A DNA stretch of 64,000 nucleotides from a bacterium (lineage in GTDB: Archaea > Nanobdellota > Nanobdellia > Pacearchaeales > GW2011-AR1): contig DAITPU010000001.1 of assembly GCA_036833455.1 (NCBI GenBank), forward strand, positions 116,397-180,396, given 5' to 3'. Shown here piece after piece: positions 32,744-42,227 of this stretch (position 1 is the stretch's first letter; every line of letters starts with the position of its first letter). A model generated the notes under the pieces. It was not told the DNA's origin and did no database searches. It worked only from the letters and a program-made list of their open reading frames with translations. Both the position numbers and the translations under genes were made by a program.

Positions 32744-33127
32744 TTAATTCCATTTTTGATAATGTCTAAAAACCATATCGTTAAATTCCTCTGGAAGAAG
32801 ATCTCTATCATTAAAAACGGAACCTACTTTAAAGAAACGCTCATTTAAGGTAGCTTTTTCTATATTTTTTGAAAAACTCCCTATATCTAATCTATCAAAA
32901 AAATTTAGCAAAGGATAATGTTTAGGAACCAAATGTCTTAGAATTTCAAATTTGACAGTTAAATCTTTTCCTTGATAGTCTTCCTCATGATCAAATATTT
33001 TTCCTGTCCAGCCAAAATAAAGTATTTCGGGGGATTCTCTTTCCCTAAAAAAACTCCACCCCCCTTTAAGAGAATAACTAACTTTCCCTTCAGAATCTTT
33101 AAATTCGAAAATCCTGATCTTCGCCAT
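32744..33127 (-). CDS. hypothetical protein
   Basis: 127-aa ORF. Confidence 0.3.
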   Translation of the reverse strand: MAKIRIFEFKDSEGKVSYSLKGGWSFFRERESPEILYFGWTGKIFDHEEDYQGKDLTVKFEILRHLVPKHYPLLNFFDRLDIGSFSKNIEKATLNERFFKVGSVFNDRDLLPEEFNDMVFRHYQKWN

Positions 33128-33176
33128 ATTTTTTTAAATTAAAAGTGGTTTATAAAAATATATGTGAATAAAAATA

Positions 33177-33248
33177 AGGGCTCAGTGGGATTCGAACCCA
33201 CATCGACAGGGCCGAAACCTGGCATTCTATCCGTTGAACTATGAGCCC
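33177..33248 (-). tRNA. tRNA-Arg (anticodon TCG); anticodon assignment moderately certain (C27/U43 mismatch)
   Basis: Minus-strand read GGGCTCA...CCAGG/TTTCGGC/CCTGT...GTGGG/TTCGAAT/CCCAC...TGAGCCC. Confidence 0.65.
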
Positions 33249-33327
33249 ACAAAAAGAAGACCTTTTCTAAACTTAAAATCTTTTCCATTCCCAAAACTTC
33301 TTTAAACTATCCTTCACTAATTGTTAC

Positions 33328-34767
33328 ATGAATAAAAAAGAAGAAAAAGGCATTCAGACAAAGAAATCCGAAGATATATCTAAATGGTATGAAGAGGTTT
33401 GTTTAAAATCAGAATTAGTAGAATTTTCTACGGTTAAAGGAACAATGGTTATAAGACCAAGAGGATATGCAATATGGGAAAAAATAAAAGAATATTTTGA
33501 AGAAAATATAAATCAACCTCTCAAAGTTGAAAACGCATATTTTCCTCTTTTTATACCTGAATCTTTTTTTAAAAAAGAAGCAGAACATGCAAAAGGTTTC
33601 TCTCCTGAAGTTGCTTGGATCGATAGAGAATTAACAAAAGATGGAGAGCGATTGGCAATAAGACCAACTTCCGAAACAATAATGTATGATTCCTATTCAA
33701 GATGGATAAGATCCTACAGAGATCTTCCTCTAAGAATAAATCAATGGTGTAACATCGTTCGTTGGGAAACTAAAGCAACAAGATTATTTTTAAGATCAAG
33801 AGAATTTCTTTGGCAAGAAGGGCACAACGTCTATGAAAACGAAAAAGAATGCGAAAAAGAAACTTTAGAAATTATAAAAAAATATAAAGAACTATCTGAA
33901 AATCTTCTTGCGATACCCGTTCTAATTGGAAGAAAATCTGAAAAAGAAAAATTTGCCGGGGCTGTTCACACTTACACTATAGAGGCATTTATGCCCGATG
34001 GAAAATCCCTTCAGTGCGGAACTTCTCATAACTTAGGACAAGGGTTTGCAAAATCATTCGATATAAAATTTTTGGGCAGAGATGAAAAGAAACATTTTCC
34101 TTATCAAAACTCTTGGGGACTTTCTACAAGATTAATCGGAGGGCTCGTTATGACCCACTCCGACGACAAAGGATTGGTTCTACCTCCAAAAGTTGCGAAA
34201 AACAAAATTGTAATCATTCCATTATTATTCAAAGGAAAAGAAAAAAATATTTTAAATGAAGCAAAAAAAATTGAAAAAGAATTAAAAAAATTTAACCCTA
34301 TTTTAGATAATTCTGAAGAATATTCCCCTGGATATAAATTTTCAGAATATGAATTAAAGGGAATTCCATTAAGGATAGAACTAGGCCCCAGAGATTTAGA
34401 AAAAAAAGAAGTTATTATTGTAAGAAGAGATAATTCAGAAAAAATTTCTGTAAAAATAAATATTTTAAAAAAAGAGATCCCAAAAATATTAGAAAATATG
34501 CAAAAAGAGATGTTTGAAAGAGCTAAAAAAAGGCTAGAAAATTCAATTATAGAGATAAAAAATAAAAAAGATTTTGAAAAATCAATTAAAGAAAATAAAT
34601 TAATAAAAATAAATTGGTGCGGCGAAACTTCCTGTGAAGAAGATATAAAAGAAAAAACAGGTCTCTCTTCAAGATGCATTCCTTTAGAAGGAAATAAACT
34701 TCTTGGAAGATGTGTTTGGTGCGAAAAACCTGCTAAAGAGATTATGTATTTTTCAAAAAGCTATTAA
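33328..34767 (+). CDS. proS: prolyl-tRNA synthetase (archaeal/eukaryotic type with C-terminal Zn domain)
   Basis: Class II motifs, YQNSWGLSTRLIGGLVMTHSDDKGLVLPP, C-terminal WCG...C...CVWC. Confidence 0.85.
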   Translation: MNKKEEKGIQTKKSEDISKWYEEVCLKSELVEFSTVKGTMVIRPRGYAIWEKIKEYFEENINQPLKVENAYFPLFIPESFFKKEAEHAKGFSPEVAWIDRELTKDGERLAIRPTSETIMYDSYSRWIRSYRDLPLRINQWCNIVRWETKATRLFLRSREFLWQEGHNVYENEKECEKETLEIIKKYKELSENLLAIPVLIGRKSEKEKFAGAVHTYTIEAFMPDGKSLQCGTSHNLGQGFAKSFDIKFLGRDEKKHFPYQNSWGLSTRLIGGLVMTHSDDKGLVLPPKVAKNKIVIIPLLFKGKEKNILNEAKKIEKELKKFNPILDNSEEYSPGYKFSEYELKGIPLRIELGPRDLEKKEVIIVRRDNSEKISVKINILKKEIPKILENMQKEMFERAKKRLENSIIEIKNKKDFEKSIKENKLIKINWCGETSCEEDIKEKTGLSSRCIPLEGNKLLGRCVWCEKPAKEIMYFSKSY

Positions 34768-34949
34768 ATACTAACGTCTAATAAAAATTTAAAAATAACA
34801 ATTTTTTTATTTCTGATTCTTCCTACTCATTGAATAAACTTCGTTTTCTAAAGAGAGCGTTTTCTCTAGAAGACTTGCCAATTCTTTTTCTATTTCCTCT
34901 ATTTCTGTCTCATTCATTTTTAAAAAATTTAATCCAAAACCTAAATTAA

Positions 34950-34996
34950 ATAAGAAGCCTTCTTAATTTAATTCAGATTTATCTGAATTAAATTAA
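34950..34996. repeat. two adjacent perfect palindromes (TAAGAAG-C-CTTCTTA and a 16-bp inverted repeat TTAATTTAATTCAGAT-tt-ATCTGAATTAAATTAA) between convergent genes
   Basis: Read directly from the sequence; sits between convergently transcribed genes. Confidence 0.6.
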
Positions 34997-35085
34997 TCCT
35001 TTTTAATCTTAGCAATAGCTAAGTTCAAATTACAAAAATTGAACTCAACCAATTTGCTCATACAAAAATATGTAAACAAAACTTT

Positions 35086-35613
35086 TTAAGCATTTTGATT
35101 TATTTGATTGTTCTTAAGAAAAAAGTAACTTCCAACTAAACCAACAAAAATAAAAAACAATCCAATGTAATTAAATAATTTTAAATTTGGATCAATTAAA
35201 ACTTGTCCAACAATAGAAGCCCCAGTTATAGAAGGAAAAGAAAACAAAAGACCAATAAAAAAAGAAAAACTTATAGAAATTAAAGTTACTCTTTTCATAA
35301 GATTACTTCCTTTAACTGGTTCGGTTTTCAAAGTTTCTAAATATCTTTTAATTTTTTCATTGGATTCTTCTAAAACCTCTCTTTGGGAAGAAGGCACATG
35401 TTGTTCTGCCGCATTCTGTAATTTAAGAATATTACTTTGAAGCTCTTTCATTTTTCTTCCATAATAATTTTCTCCAGGAAAAGATCCCTTTGACTTCTTT
35501 AAGAAAGCAATTTCATCTATGTCTTTTTTTATTTCAGTCAAATAACGATGAGAATTGAATTTTCCATGCAACATATAATACCTTTCAAATTGTCTTTCAT
35601 CAATACTATCCAT
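35086..35613 (-). CDS. membrane protein (cytoplasmic coiled-coil N-domain, 2 C-terminal TM), hypothetical
   Basis: ORF with hydrophobic C-terminal segments. Confidence 0.35.
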   Translation of the reverse strand: MDSIDERQFERYYMLHGKFNSHRYLTEIKKDIDEIAFLKKSKGSFPGENYYGRKMKELQSNILKLQNAAEQHVPSSQREVLEESNEKIKRYLETLKTEPVKGSNLMKRVTLISISFSFFIGLLFSFPSITGASIVGQVLIDPNLKLFNYIGLFFIFVGLVGSYFFLKNNQINQNA

Positions 35614-35633
35614 TCAAGAAAAATGAATATAAA

Positions 35634-36671
35634 CTATTTAAAATTATCTTCTAATTTATTTTTAAAATCAACAATCTGATCAGAACTTATTTGGCCCCCA
35701 ATTGCATCTTCATGCCCTCCAGCACTAGAAAAAGGAAAATCCTTCATAATCTCAATTAATTTAGTCTTAATTTTTTTTCCTCTTATTGAAAAATTTACTT
35801 TTCCTTGATTCAAATAACACACAGCAATTATTTTTTCAGGATAGTCGTAACTCAAACGATTGGCTAAATCTGCACTCATACTAATGTTTCCAGAATACTT
35901 AAAAAAAATTAAATTCGAAGAACCAATTACATTTAACTTAGCTTTAGCTATCAAATTTTTAAATTTATTATCAACCTCTAAAAATCTTTTATGTAAACTT
36001 CTCGTTTTTAAATTTTCTTCCAAAACTTCATAAGGAGTTTTAACCCCAATAAAAAAATGGATCATTTTATTTACTGAACTAGTTTTATCTTTAAGACCTA
36101 TTCCCATCATTCTAGAAATCTTTCCAATTTCAGAATTATAAAAAATATTAAATGCAGATTCAGAATTTAATCCTAAATCAGGATATTCTTGAAAAAAGAT
36201 TTTATTTTCTGGAGGAAGATACTTATCTGCAATACATCCGGCAATATAAATCCACAAATCTTCTTTTTTAGAATTAATTTGGTAACAAATTTTTGTTACG
36301 GGCACATTTTCAGGAGAATCAGAGTAAAGAGGATTATAATATTTTATGTAATCTGGGAAATTGAAATCTTTTTCATGATGGTCTATCCAAAGGATAGGAA
36401 TATTTCTTTCTCTTAAAGATTCAAAAAAATCTGAGCTAACCCTAGGTTGATCTAAAATTACCACATAATCCGGATTAAACTCATCTATTCTTCTAAAATA
36501 ATTCATATCTAAAGGAGAGGTCTTTACTGGGATTCCAATTCCCCTTCCTATAAATCTTCGTAAAAGAAGAAAACTGCAAAACCCATCTTGATCATTATCA
36601 AAATAAAATAAAGGATTTTGAGATTTATTTAATTCTTCTTTAATTTCTTCTATTTGAAAATTATTTAACAT
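35634..36671 (-). CDS. DHH/DHHA1 phosphoesterase, DhhP-like candidate c-di-AMP/pApA phosphodiesterase
   Basis: DNDQDGFCS, WIDHHE, C-terminal SSAGGHEDAIGG (GGH). Immediately downstream of and co-directional with disA. Confidence 0.65.
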   Translation of the reverse strand: MLNNFQIEEIKEELNKSQNPLFYFDNDQDGFCSFLLLRRFIGRGIGIPVKTSPLDMNYFRRIDEFNPDYVVILDQPRVSSDFFESLRERNIPILWIDHHEKDFNFPDYIKYYNPLYSDSPENVPVTKICYQINSKKEDLWIYIAGCIADKYLPPENKIFFQEYPDLGLNSESAFNIFYNSEIGKISRMMGIGLKDKTSSVNKMIHFFIGVKTPYEVLEENLKTRSLHKRFLEVDNKFKNLIAKAKLNVIGSSNLIFFKYSGNISMSADLANRLSYDYPEKIIAVCYLNQGKVNFSIRGKKIKTKLIEIMKDFPFSSAGGHEDAIGGQISSDQIVDFKNKLEDNFK

Positions 36672-36708
36672 GGTAAAAATAAAAAAAAGCCATTAAAAAA
36701 CCTATGGG

Positions 36709-37794
36709 TTAAATCCTTTTATTTAAAACTACTTTTTCCCTTAAATTATAAATTTCTTCTCTAAAAAAACTAACCATCGTTTCACTTTCTAAAAAATCTA
36801 AAAGTTTTTGGTTGCTTGCAGAAAGAATTTCTTTTAAATTATCAAAATTCCCAATTAAAATATCTACATATCTATCCGGAAGATTTGTTTTTCCTAAAAT
36901 TCGAATTCCCTTAGGAGAAATAGGTTTATCATGAAGCTCTTCAAATAATAATCTTAAAATATTCATTGGTTCCAATAAAAATTCAAAATCCATATTTTCA
37001 AGTATACTCAAGGAAATTGTTGAAGTTTGACCAAGATAATCTCTAAGAATAAGTTCCTCTTCTCTTTCTAATCCGCTAGTTAATTCTTTGGCTCTCATTT
37101 TAATAATAAATCCCTCTCTACCCAATTCAACAAGATATCTTTCAACTATGGCTGCAATTCTCTTTATGATTTCTATTCTTTGTAAAACTAAACAAACGTT
37201 ATTCATTCTAACATTTCTTTGAAGTTCAAGGGAATTTAAATTTTCTAAAAAACCATCATAAACATCCCTTTGCTTTTCTAAAACTTGCAAAGTTTCAGAA
37301 ACTCTTCTCAATATCTCAGAACTACTTTCTAATTGATAATTAATCTCTCCTTGATAAAGAGAAATTTTATTCTTTCTTTCTGAAACAGCAATTGTTACCG
37401 TATTAGCTTGTTTAGCCGTTCTTTCTGCAGATTTATGCCTTGTTCCTGTTTCTTTCGTATGGATTCCAGAAGCTGGAACTAAAAGAGTATTAGCAGAAAG
37501 GATATCTTTTGCATCTTTGGATAAAATTATTGCTCCATCCATTTTAGCAAGTTCTACTAATTTTTGGGAAGTGAATTTGGAATTTATTCTAAACCCCCCT
37601 TCAACAATTCCTTCTAAATTCCCGTTATCAAAAACAATCAATGCCCCCATTCTTGCCCTAAGTAGATCATCTAAGGCACTTCTAAGACTCGTTCCTGGAG
37701 CAACCATTCTAAGAACATCAATAAAATCTTTTTCTTTTGAAACTTCTTTATTCGAAGATAAAATCTCTTCAATTTCAATAATTTCCTCTTCCAT
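36709..37794 (-). CDS. disA: DisA-type diadenylate cyclase (c-di-AMP synthase)
   Basis: DAC domain motifs DGAIILS and GTRHKSAERTA, long helical linker, C-terminal HhH-like KGIRILGKTNLPDRYVDILIGNF; 361 aa. Confidence 0.75.
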   Translation of the reverse strand: MEEEIIEIEEILSSNKEVSKEKDFIDVLRMVAPGTSLRSALDDLLRARMGALIVFDNGNLEGIVEGGFRINSKFTSQKLVELAKMDGAIILSKDAKDILSANTLLVPASGIHTKETGTRHKSAERTAKQANTVTIAVSERKNKISLYQGEINYQLESSSEILRRVSETLQVLEKQRDVYDGFLENLNSLELQRNVRMNNVCLVLQRIEIIKRIAAIVERYLVELGREGFIIKMRAKELTSGLEREEELILRDYLGQTSTISLSILENMDFEFLLEPMNILRLLFEELHDKPISPKGIRILGKTNLPDRYVDILIGNFDNLKEILSASNQKLLDFLESETMVSFFREEIYNLREKVVLNKRI

Positions 37795-37834
37795 AGAAAA
37801 AAGAAATTATAGAATTATTTAAAGATTTATGCGT

Positions 37835-38827
37835 TTAAATTTCACCTAATTTTGTTTTAGCAACAATCAAAGGAAAAACAAGCGTTGCCTCTGAATATAG
37901 TTTAATCATTTTAGCCTCAGGCAAAATCTTCCCCCAACTAACTGCTTCATCAGGCAATGCTCCCGAATCACTTCCATCAAATTCCTGCGCAGTATTTATA
38001 TAAACCGCATAATTTGCCCCATTTCTAAACATATTTGCATTGCAAATGCTATGTTTAACTGCTCCACTTCCCAAAACTATAATTCCTGTCTTTTCTTTCC
38101 CAAGACTAGAGTTATTCATATCCAAAATATCTTTAGATATGTCGATTAGAAAATCTGGATGATTTGCCTTAAAGAAGTAGATCATATCTCCTAAACTTCC
38201 ATCTAAAATTGAGGGACAATAAACCTGAATTCCATTTTTCCAAGCCCAATAATAAATTGAATTTTTATCGTTTATTTTTTCTCCCATTTTTAATATTAAT
38301 TCACTTCCACTGAGAATCTTTCCCGTTTTTTTTTGCCTAGTGTAAAATTCTTCTAAGATGGGCATAATAAACTCTTCAAAATCACAATACCTAGAATTGG
38401 GAATTAGAATATTTCCTGCACGATTAATTCCTTTTTTCCTAAGTAAAGCTCCTTTATCATTAAATTCTCCTAATTTAAAATCTCCTAAACATTTTATTAT
38501 GTCTTCTTCGATCCCCCCTGCACTTGAAACTAAAAAATTTACTTTCTTATTTTCCGCTAAAAACCTTATTATCTCTCTTAACCCAGAAGTTACAATATTT
38601 GAAGTATAACCTAAATAAATAAATGCCTTTTCGTCTATCATTTCATTTATAATTTCCGTTGCAATTGAAAAATTCTTTGCTTGAATTCCAGTTGAAGAAT
38701 AACTATCTAAGATTTTTTCATAATTTATTCCTTTATTAAAATCATAACCTTTAATAGAAATTCCTTCTGCTTCAGAACTCCTTCTCAAAACGTTTTTTCT
38801 TGCTTCTTTTTCCATTAAATAAGGCAA
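37835..38827 (-). CDS. dys: deoxyhypusine synthase
   Basis: YTSNIVTSGLREIIRFL, SSAGGIEEDIIK, C-terminal FDGSDSGALPDEAVSWGKI. Confidence 0.85.
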   Translation of the reverse strand: MPYLMEKEARKNVLRRSSEAEGISIKGYDFNKGINYEKILDSYSSTGIQAKNFSIATEIINEMIDEKAFIYLGYTSNIVTSGLREIIRFLAENKKVNFLVSSAGGIEEDIIKCLGDFKLGEFNDKGALLRKKGINRAGNILIPNSRYCDFEEFIMPILEEFYTRQKKTGKILSGSELILKMGEKINDKNSIYYWAWKNGIQVYCPSILDGSLGDMIYFFKANHPDFLIDISKDILDMNNSSLGKEKTGIIVLGSGAVKHSICNANMFRNGANYAVYINTAQEFDGSDSGALPDEAVSWGKILPEAKMIKLYSEATLVFPLIVAKTKLGEI

Positions 38828-38905
38828 GAACTCTATTTTTTAAATCTTACCAAACTAACATTCAAAGATAATAATCTTTTTAAAATTAAAAAAACTAGAG
38901 AGGTA

Positions 38906-39097
38906 ATGAATAAAGTACTAAAAATAATTTTAGGTTTGCTCCTAATCCTAGGTTCTTTTGCATTAATTCTTCCAGGATTTCCTTTAGAATCTTGGGGAAA
39001 TGCTGCTTTAAATCTTATAAAAGGAGGGATTATCCTTTTAGTAATTTTAGCAGGAATTATCCTTCTAGTTATAGGTTTAATTGAACTTAAAGAATAA
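38906..39097 (+). CDS. small 2-TM membrane protein
   Basis: 63-aa hydrophobic ORF. Confidence 0.3.
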   Translation: MNKVLKIILGLLLILGSFALILPGFPLESWGNAALNLIKGGIILLVILAGIILLVIGLIELKE

Positions 39098-39685
39098 TTA
39101 AAGCAAAATTATAAGTAATCCTTCAATTATTGCTGCAATAAATAAAAGAGGTAAAACTAATAGTAGGTAAGTCCAAATTGACTTATTAAACAATTCACGA
39201 AAATTCCTTCTTCCGTTCTTATAAAAAAAACTAAACCCTAACTTTACTCCCATTCCAAGAGAGATAAATAATGCTGGCAATTCAAAGATTCCATGAGGAA
39301 CTAAAGCTAAAAGTGAAAAATGCCCAAACTCGGCTACACTTAAATTACTTACAAAACCTACTACAAATCCATTTGAAACTGATGATAAAAGAGGAAATAT
39401 TCCAAATATAACTCCTAAAACTAACCCAAAAAAACTAGCTAATGAATTATTTGAAAATAAAAACAAAATCATTTCTCTTAAAGAAAAACCTTCTGTTTCA
39501 AGAATTAATTTTTTTAGGTATTCTAGCAAAGATTCTTGAATTGCGAGAGGTAAATCAATGAAAAATCCAAGTCCAAAAAAAATAAAAAAAATACCCATAA
39601 TTAAAAAGATAAATCCTTTAATTTTATGAAGATAATCAAAAACTTCGCTATATTTTAACTCTAAAAATCTTTTAAGTTTTTGCAT
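39098..39685 (-). CDS. SpoIIM/DUF95-family membrane protein
   Basis: Multi-TM; FSNNSL...NG...PHGIFELPA pattern typical of the DUF95 family. Confidence 0.45.
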   Translation of the reverse strand: MQKLKRFLELKYSEVFDYLHKIKGFIFLIMGIFFIFFGLGFFIDLPLAIQESLLEYLKKLILETEGFSLREMILFLFSNNSLASFFGLVLGVIFGIFPLLSSVSNGFVVGFVSNLSVAEFGHFSLLALVPHGIFELPALFISLGMGVKLGFSFFYKNGRRNFRELFNKSIWTYLLLVLPLLFIAAIIEGLLIILL

Positions 39686-40356
39686 TAACTAAATCTCCTG
39701 GAAATTAATTTTACTTTATTTGGAAATTTTTTTCTTAAAAACAACCCATAAAAAATTCCGGCTAATAAGCCCCCTAAATGGGCAACATTCCCAATAGGAA
39801 CATTTCCTAAAATTGAAACTAACCAGAGTAAAACTAACATTCCTGGTGCAGCATACTTTATTTTAATTGGAATTGGGATAAACATCATATAAACGGGTAA
39901 ATTAGGAGTCAAAAAAATTAAAACTCCTATTAGACCAAATAAAGCTCCACTAGCCCCTACTGCAAAAGAATTCCAATCTCCAGGAAATAATGCTGGACTT
40001 AAGACAAATAATAAACCAGCAAATAACCCTGCAAAAAGATAAAAAAATAAGAATCTTTTTGGACCCAAAATTTTTTCTAATAGAGACCCTACAAAAAATA
40101 AAGATAAAACGTTCACAAAAAGATGGAAAAAACCCGCATGCATAAACATGCTAGTCAAAAAAGTCCAAATATAAAAATTTTCGAAAATAATTCTGGGATT
40201 AAGGGCAAGGTATTCTATTGGAATAAACTTAAGAGCCAAAAGAATGGAAAAAAGAAAATAAAAAAATACATTTAAAATTATAAGCCAAGTGTTAACACTA
40301 AAGCTAGAAAAAAAAGATTTTCTTCTTTTAGTTAAAGGAATTTCATAAACTACCAT
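39685..40356 (-). CDS. rhomboid-family intramembrane serine protease
   Basis: GASGALFG (GxSG catalytic Ser) and AHLGGLLAG (catalytic His), 6 TM. Confidence 0.75.
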   Translation of the reverse strand: MVVYEIPLTKRRKSFFSSFSVNTWLIILNVFFYFLFSILLALKFIPIEYLALNPRIIFENFYIWTFLTSMFMHAGFFHLFVNVLSLFFVGSLLEKILGPKRFLFFYLFAGLFAGLLFVLSPALFPGDWNSFAVGASGALFGLIGVLIFLTPNLPVYMMFIPIPIKIKYAAPGMLVLLWLVSILGNVPIGNVAHLGGLLAGIFYGLFLRKKFPNKVKLISRRFS

Positions 40357-40376
40357 TTTATACTTTTTTTAAAAGA

Positions 40377-41153
40377 TTATTTCTTTTTAGGAGACTTCTT
40401 AATTAATTTTTTAGTAGAAGATTTAATTTTCTTAGATTCTTTAATTTTTGATTTTGTCTCCTTTTTTTTAGGGACTTTTTCTTTTACCTTTTTATCTTGA
40501 ATTTTTTTAGAAGAAATTGCTTCTTTTCTTTTTAATTCTCTTTTTTTCTTGGCTTCCAATTTCTTTTCTTCCTTTTCTTTCTCTCTCTTTTTCAAATCCA
40601 AACTTTTTTTCTTATCTGATTTATTTAATTCTTTTTGAATCTCTTCTTCAATAATCTTCAATTTATCATCTATTCTTTTTAAAGAATTATTTAAATCTTT
40701 AATTAGTTTAGAATTATCCTTTGTTTCAAAAAGCTCTCCACATTCATCACAAGTAAAATCCATTAGTAAAGCTTGATTTTCATCATATTCTAAATTACAA
40801 AGTTTACAGGCATAAAAAACACTTTTTTCTCTAGCAGAAATCTCTTTTAAAATTTCAGATTTCTTTTCATTTAAAAGATTTTTAAGAAATTCTAAGGATT
40901 TTAAAACATCAAATCTCCAAAAGTAAGTATACCATCCTTTCTTTTTATCTTTCTTTCTTTCAGATAAAACCAATCCATGATCTGAAATTTTATAAAGAAT
41001 ATTTCTTGTTTGATTAATAGTTATATCTAATTTTTTAGCTATATTAAACTCATTAGCATATTTTTGACTGTTCAATAAATCTGCAATGGGCTCGGCTGAT
41101 TTTCCAGCAATAATAACCACAACCTCTTTAAGCAAATTATCTAACATAACCAA
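40377..41153 (-). CDS. tfe: transcription factor E alpha (TFE) with a long Lys-rich C-terminal tail
   Basis: N-terminal winged helix, zinc ribbon YACKLC...FTCDECG, then about 100 aa K/E-rich. Confidence 0.55.
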   Translation of the reverse strand: MVMLDNLLKEVVVIIAGKSAEPIADLLNSQKYANEFNIAKKLDITINQTRNILYKISDHGLVLSERKKDKKKGWYTYFWRFDVLKSLEFLKNLLNEKKSEILKEISAREKSVFYACKLCNLEYDENQALLMDFTCDECGELFETKDNSKLIKDLNNSLKRIDDKLKIIEEEIQKELNKSDKKKSLDLKKREKEKEEKKLEAKKKRELKRKEAISSKKIQDKKVKEKVPKKKETKSKIKESKKIKSSTKKLIKKSPKKK

Positions 41154-41286
41154 TTTAGAAAAAATTATATTAAATATCTTTCGGTAAAAGAATTTAATCT
41201 TCTTTAAAATTAAAAAGAGAGCCTAATTTAAAAAAATAACATTTTTAAACTATATATCCTACAATATATTATAAAAAGAGGATAAA

Positions 41287-41856
41287 ATGGGCATTTTTTC
41301 AAAAAGTAAAGATAAACAAAAAGAAAAGAATTACTCTTCTCAAAAAATTCCAGAATTGCCTTCTTTGCCTAGTCTTCCCCAATATAATTCCTCGCCTAAT
41401 TTTCCATTAATGGATGATTATGAAGAAAAAAAAGAAATACACCAACTTCCAAGTTTTCCTTCTAGTCCAACAGGAGATATGTTTTCGAAAAATACCATAA
41501 AAAGTGCCGTAAAGGGAGAACCTGCCCTTAAGTATAATTATGAAGATGATGATGAAGATTTAGAAATTGAACCTCCAAGATATCACAAGGAGATTTCAAA
41601 TAATCAATTTGAAAAGAAAGTTATGAAAGAAAATTATGAAATAAAACCTGTCTTTGTAAGAATAGATAAATTTCAAGAAGGATTAAAATTATTTGAAGAA
41701 ACAAAAGAAAATCTTGGAGAAATTGACAAACTTTTAAAGGAAGTCAAACACTTAAAAGAAAAAGAATCAGAAGAATTAAGTTCTTGGGAAAAGGATTTAG
41801 AAAAAATAAAAAACCAAATAGAAAAGATTAATCAAGAAATCTTCTCTAAAATATAA
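41287..41856 (+). CDS. hypothetical acidic coiled-coil protein
   Basis: ORF; P/S-rich N-terminus, coiled-coil C-terminus. Confidence 0.3.
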   Translation: MGIFSKSKDKQKEKNYSSQKIPELPSLPSLPQYNSSPNFPLMDDYEEKKEIHQLPSFPSSPTGDMFSKNTIKSAVKGEPALKYNYEDDDEDLEIEPPRYHKEISNNQFEKKVMKENYEIKPVFVRIDKFQEGLKLFEETKENLGEIDKLLKEVKHLKEKESEELSSWEKDLEKIKNQIEKINQEIFSKI

Positions 41857-42227
41857 TGGTAAAGAAAAAAAAAGTTTCTGAGAAAAAAGAAATTATCCAC
41901 ATTAAACTAGAGAGCCAGGAGGCCTTAAAAGCAAAAAAGGATTTATTATATTCCCAAATTGATCTAATAAATTTAATAAAAACAATTGGAAGATATAAAG
42001 AACTGAGAGAACAAGAATTGGATAAGAAAATTGAAATTTCTAAAAAAATAAAAATTATTCAAAAAAATATTCAAAAAATAAAAAAAGAATTTCCAAATTT
42101 AAGACCCTTAGAAGAGAAAGAAAAAGAAAAACCTCTTGCTACTCCAAAAATGATCATTCCAAAAACTTCAGAATTAGAGCAAGAATTATTAGATATTCAA
42201 GAAAAATTAAGATTAATGGAAAATTAA
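41856..42227 (+). CDS. hypothetical K/E-rich coiled-coil protein
   Basis: ORF abutting the upstream gene. Confidence 0.3.
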   Translation: MVKKKKVSEKKEIIHIKLESQEALKAKKDLLYSQIDLINLIKTIGRYKELREQELDKKIEISKKIKIIQKNIQKIKKEFPNLRPLEEKEKEKPLATPKMIIPKTSELEQELLDIQEKLRLMEN

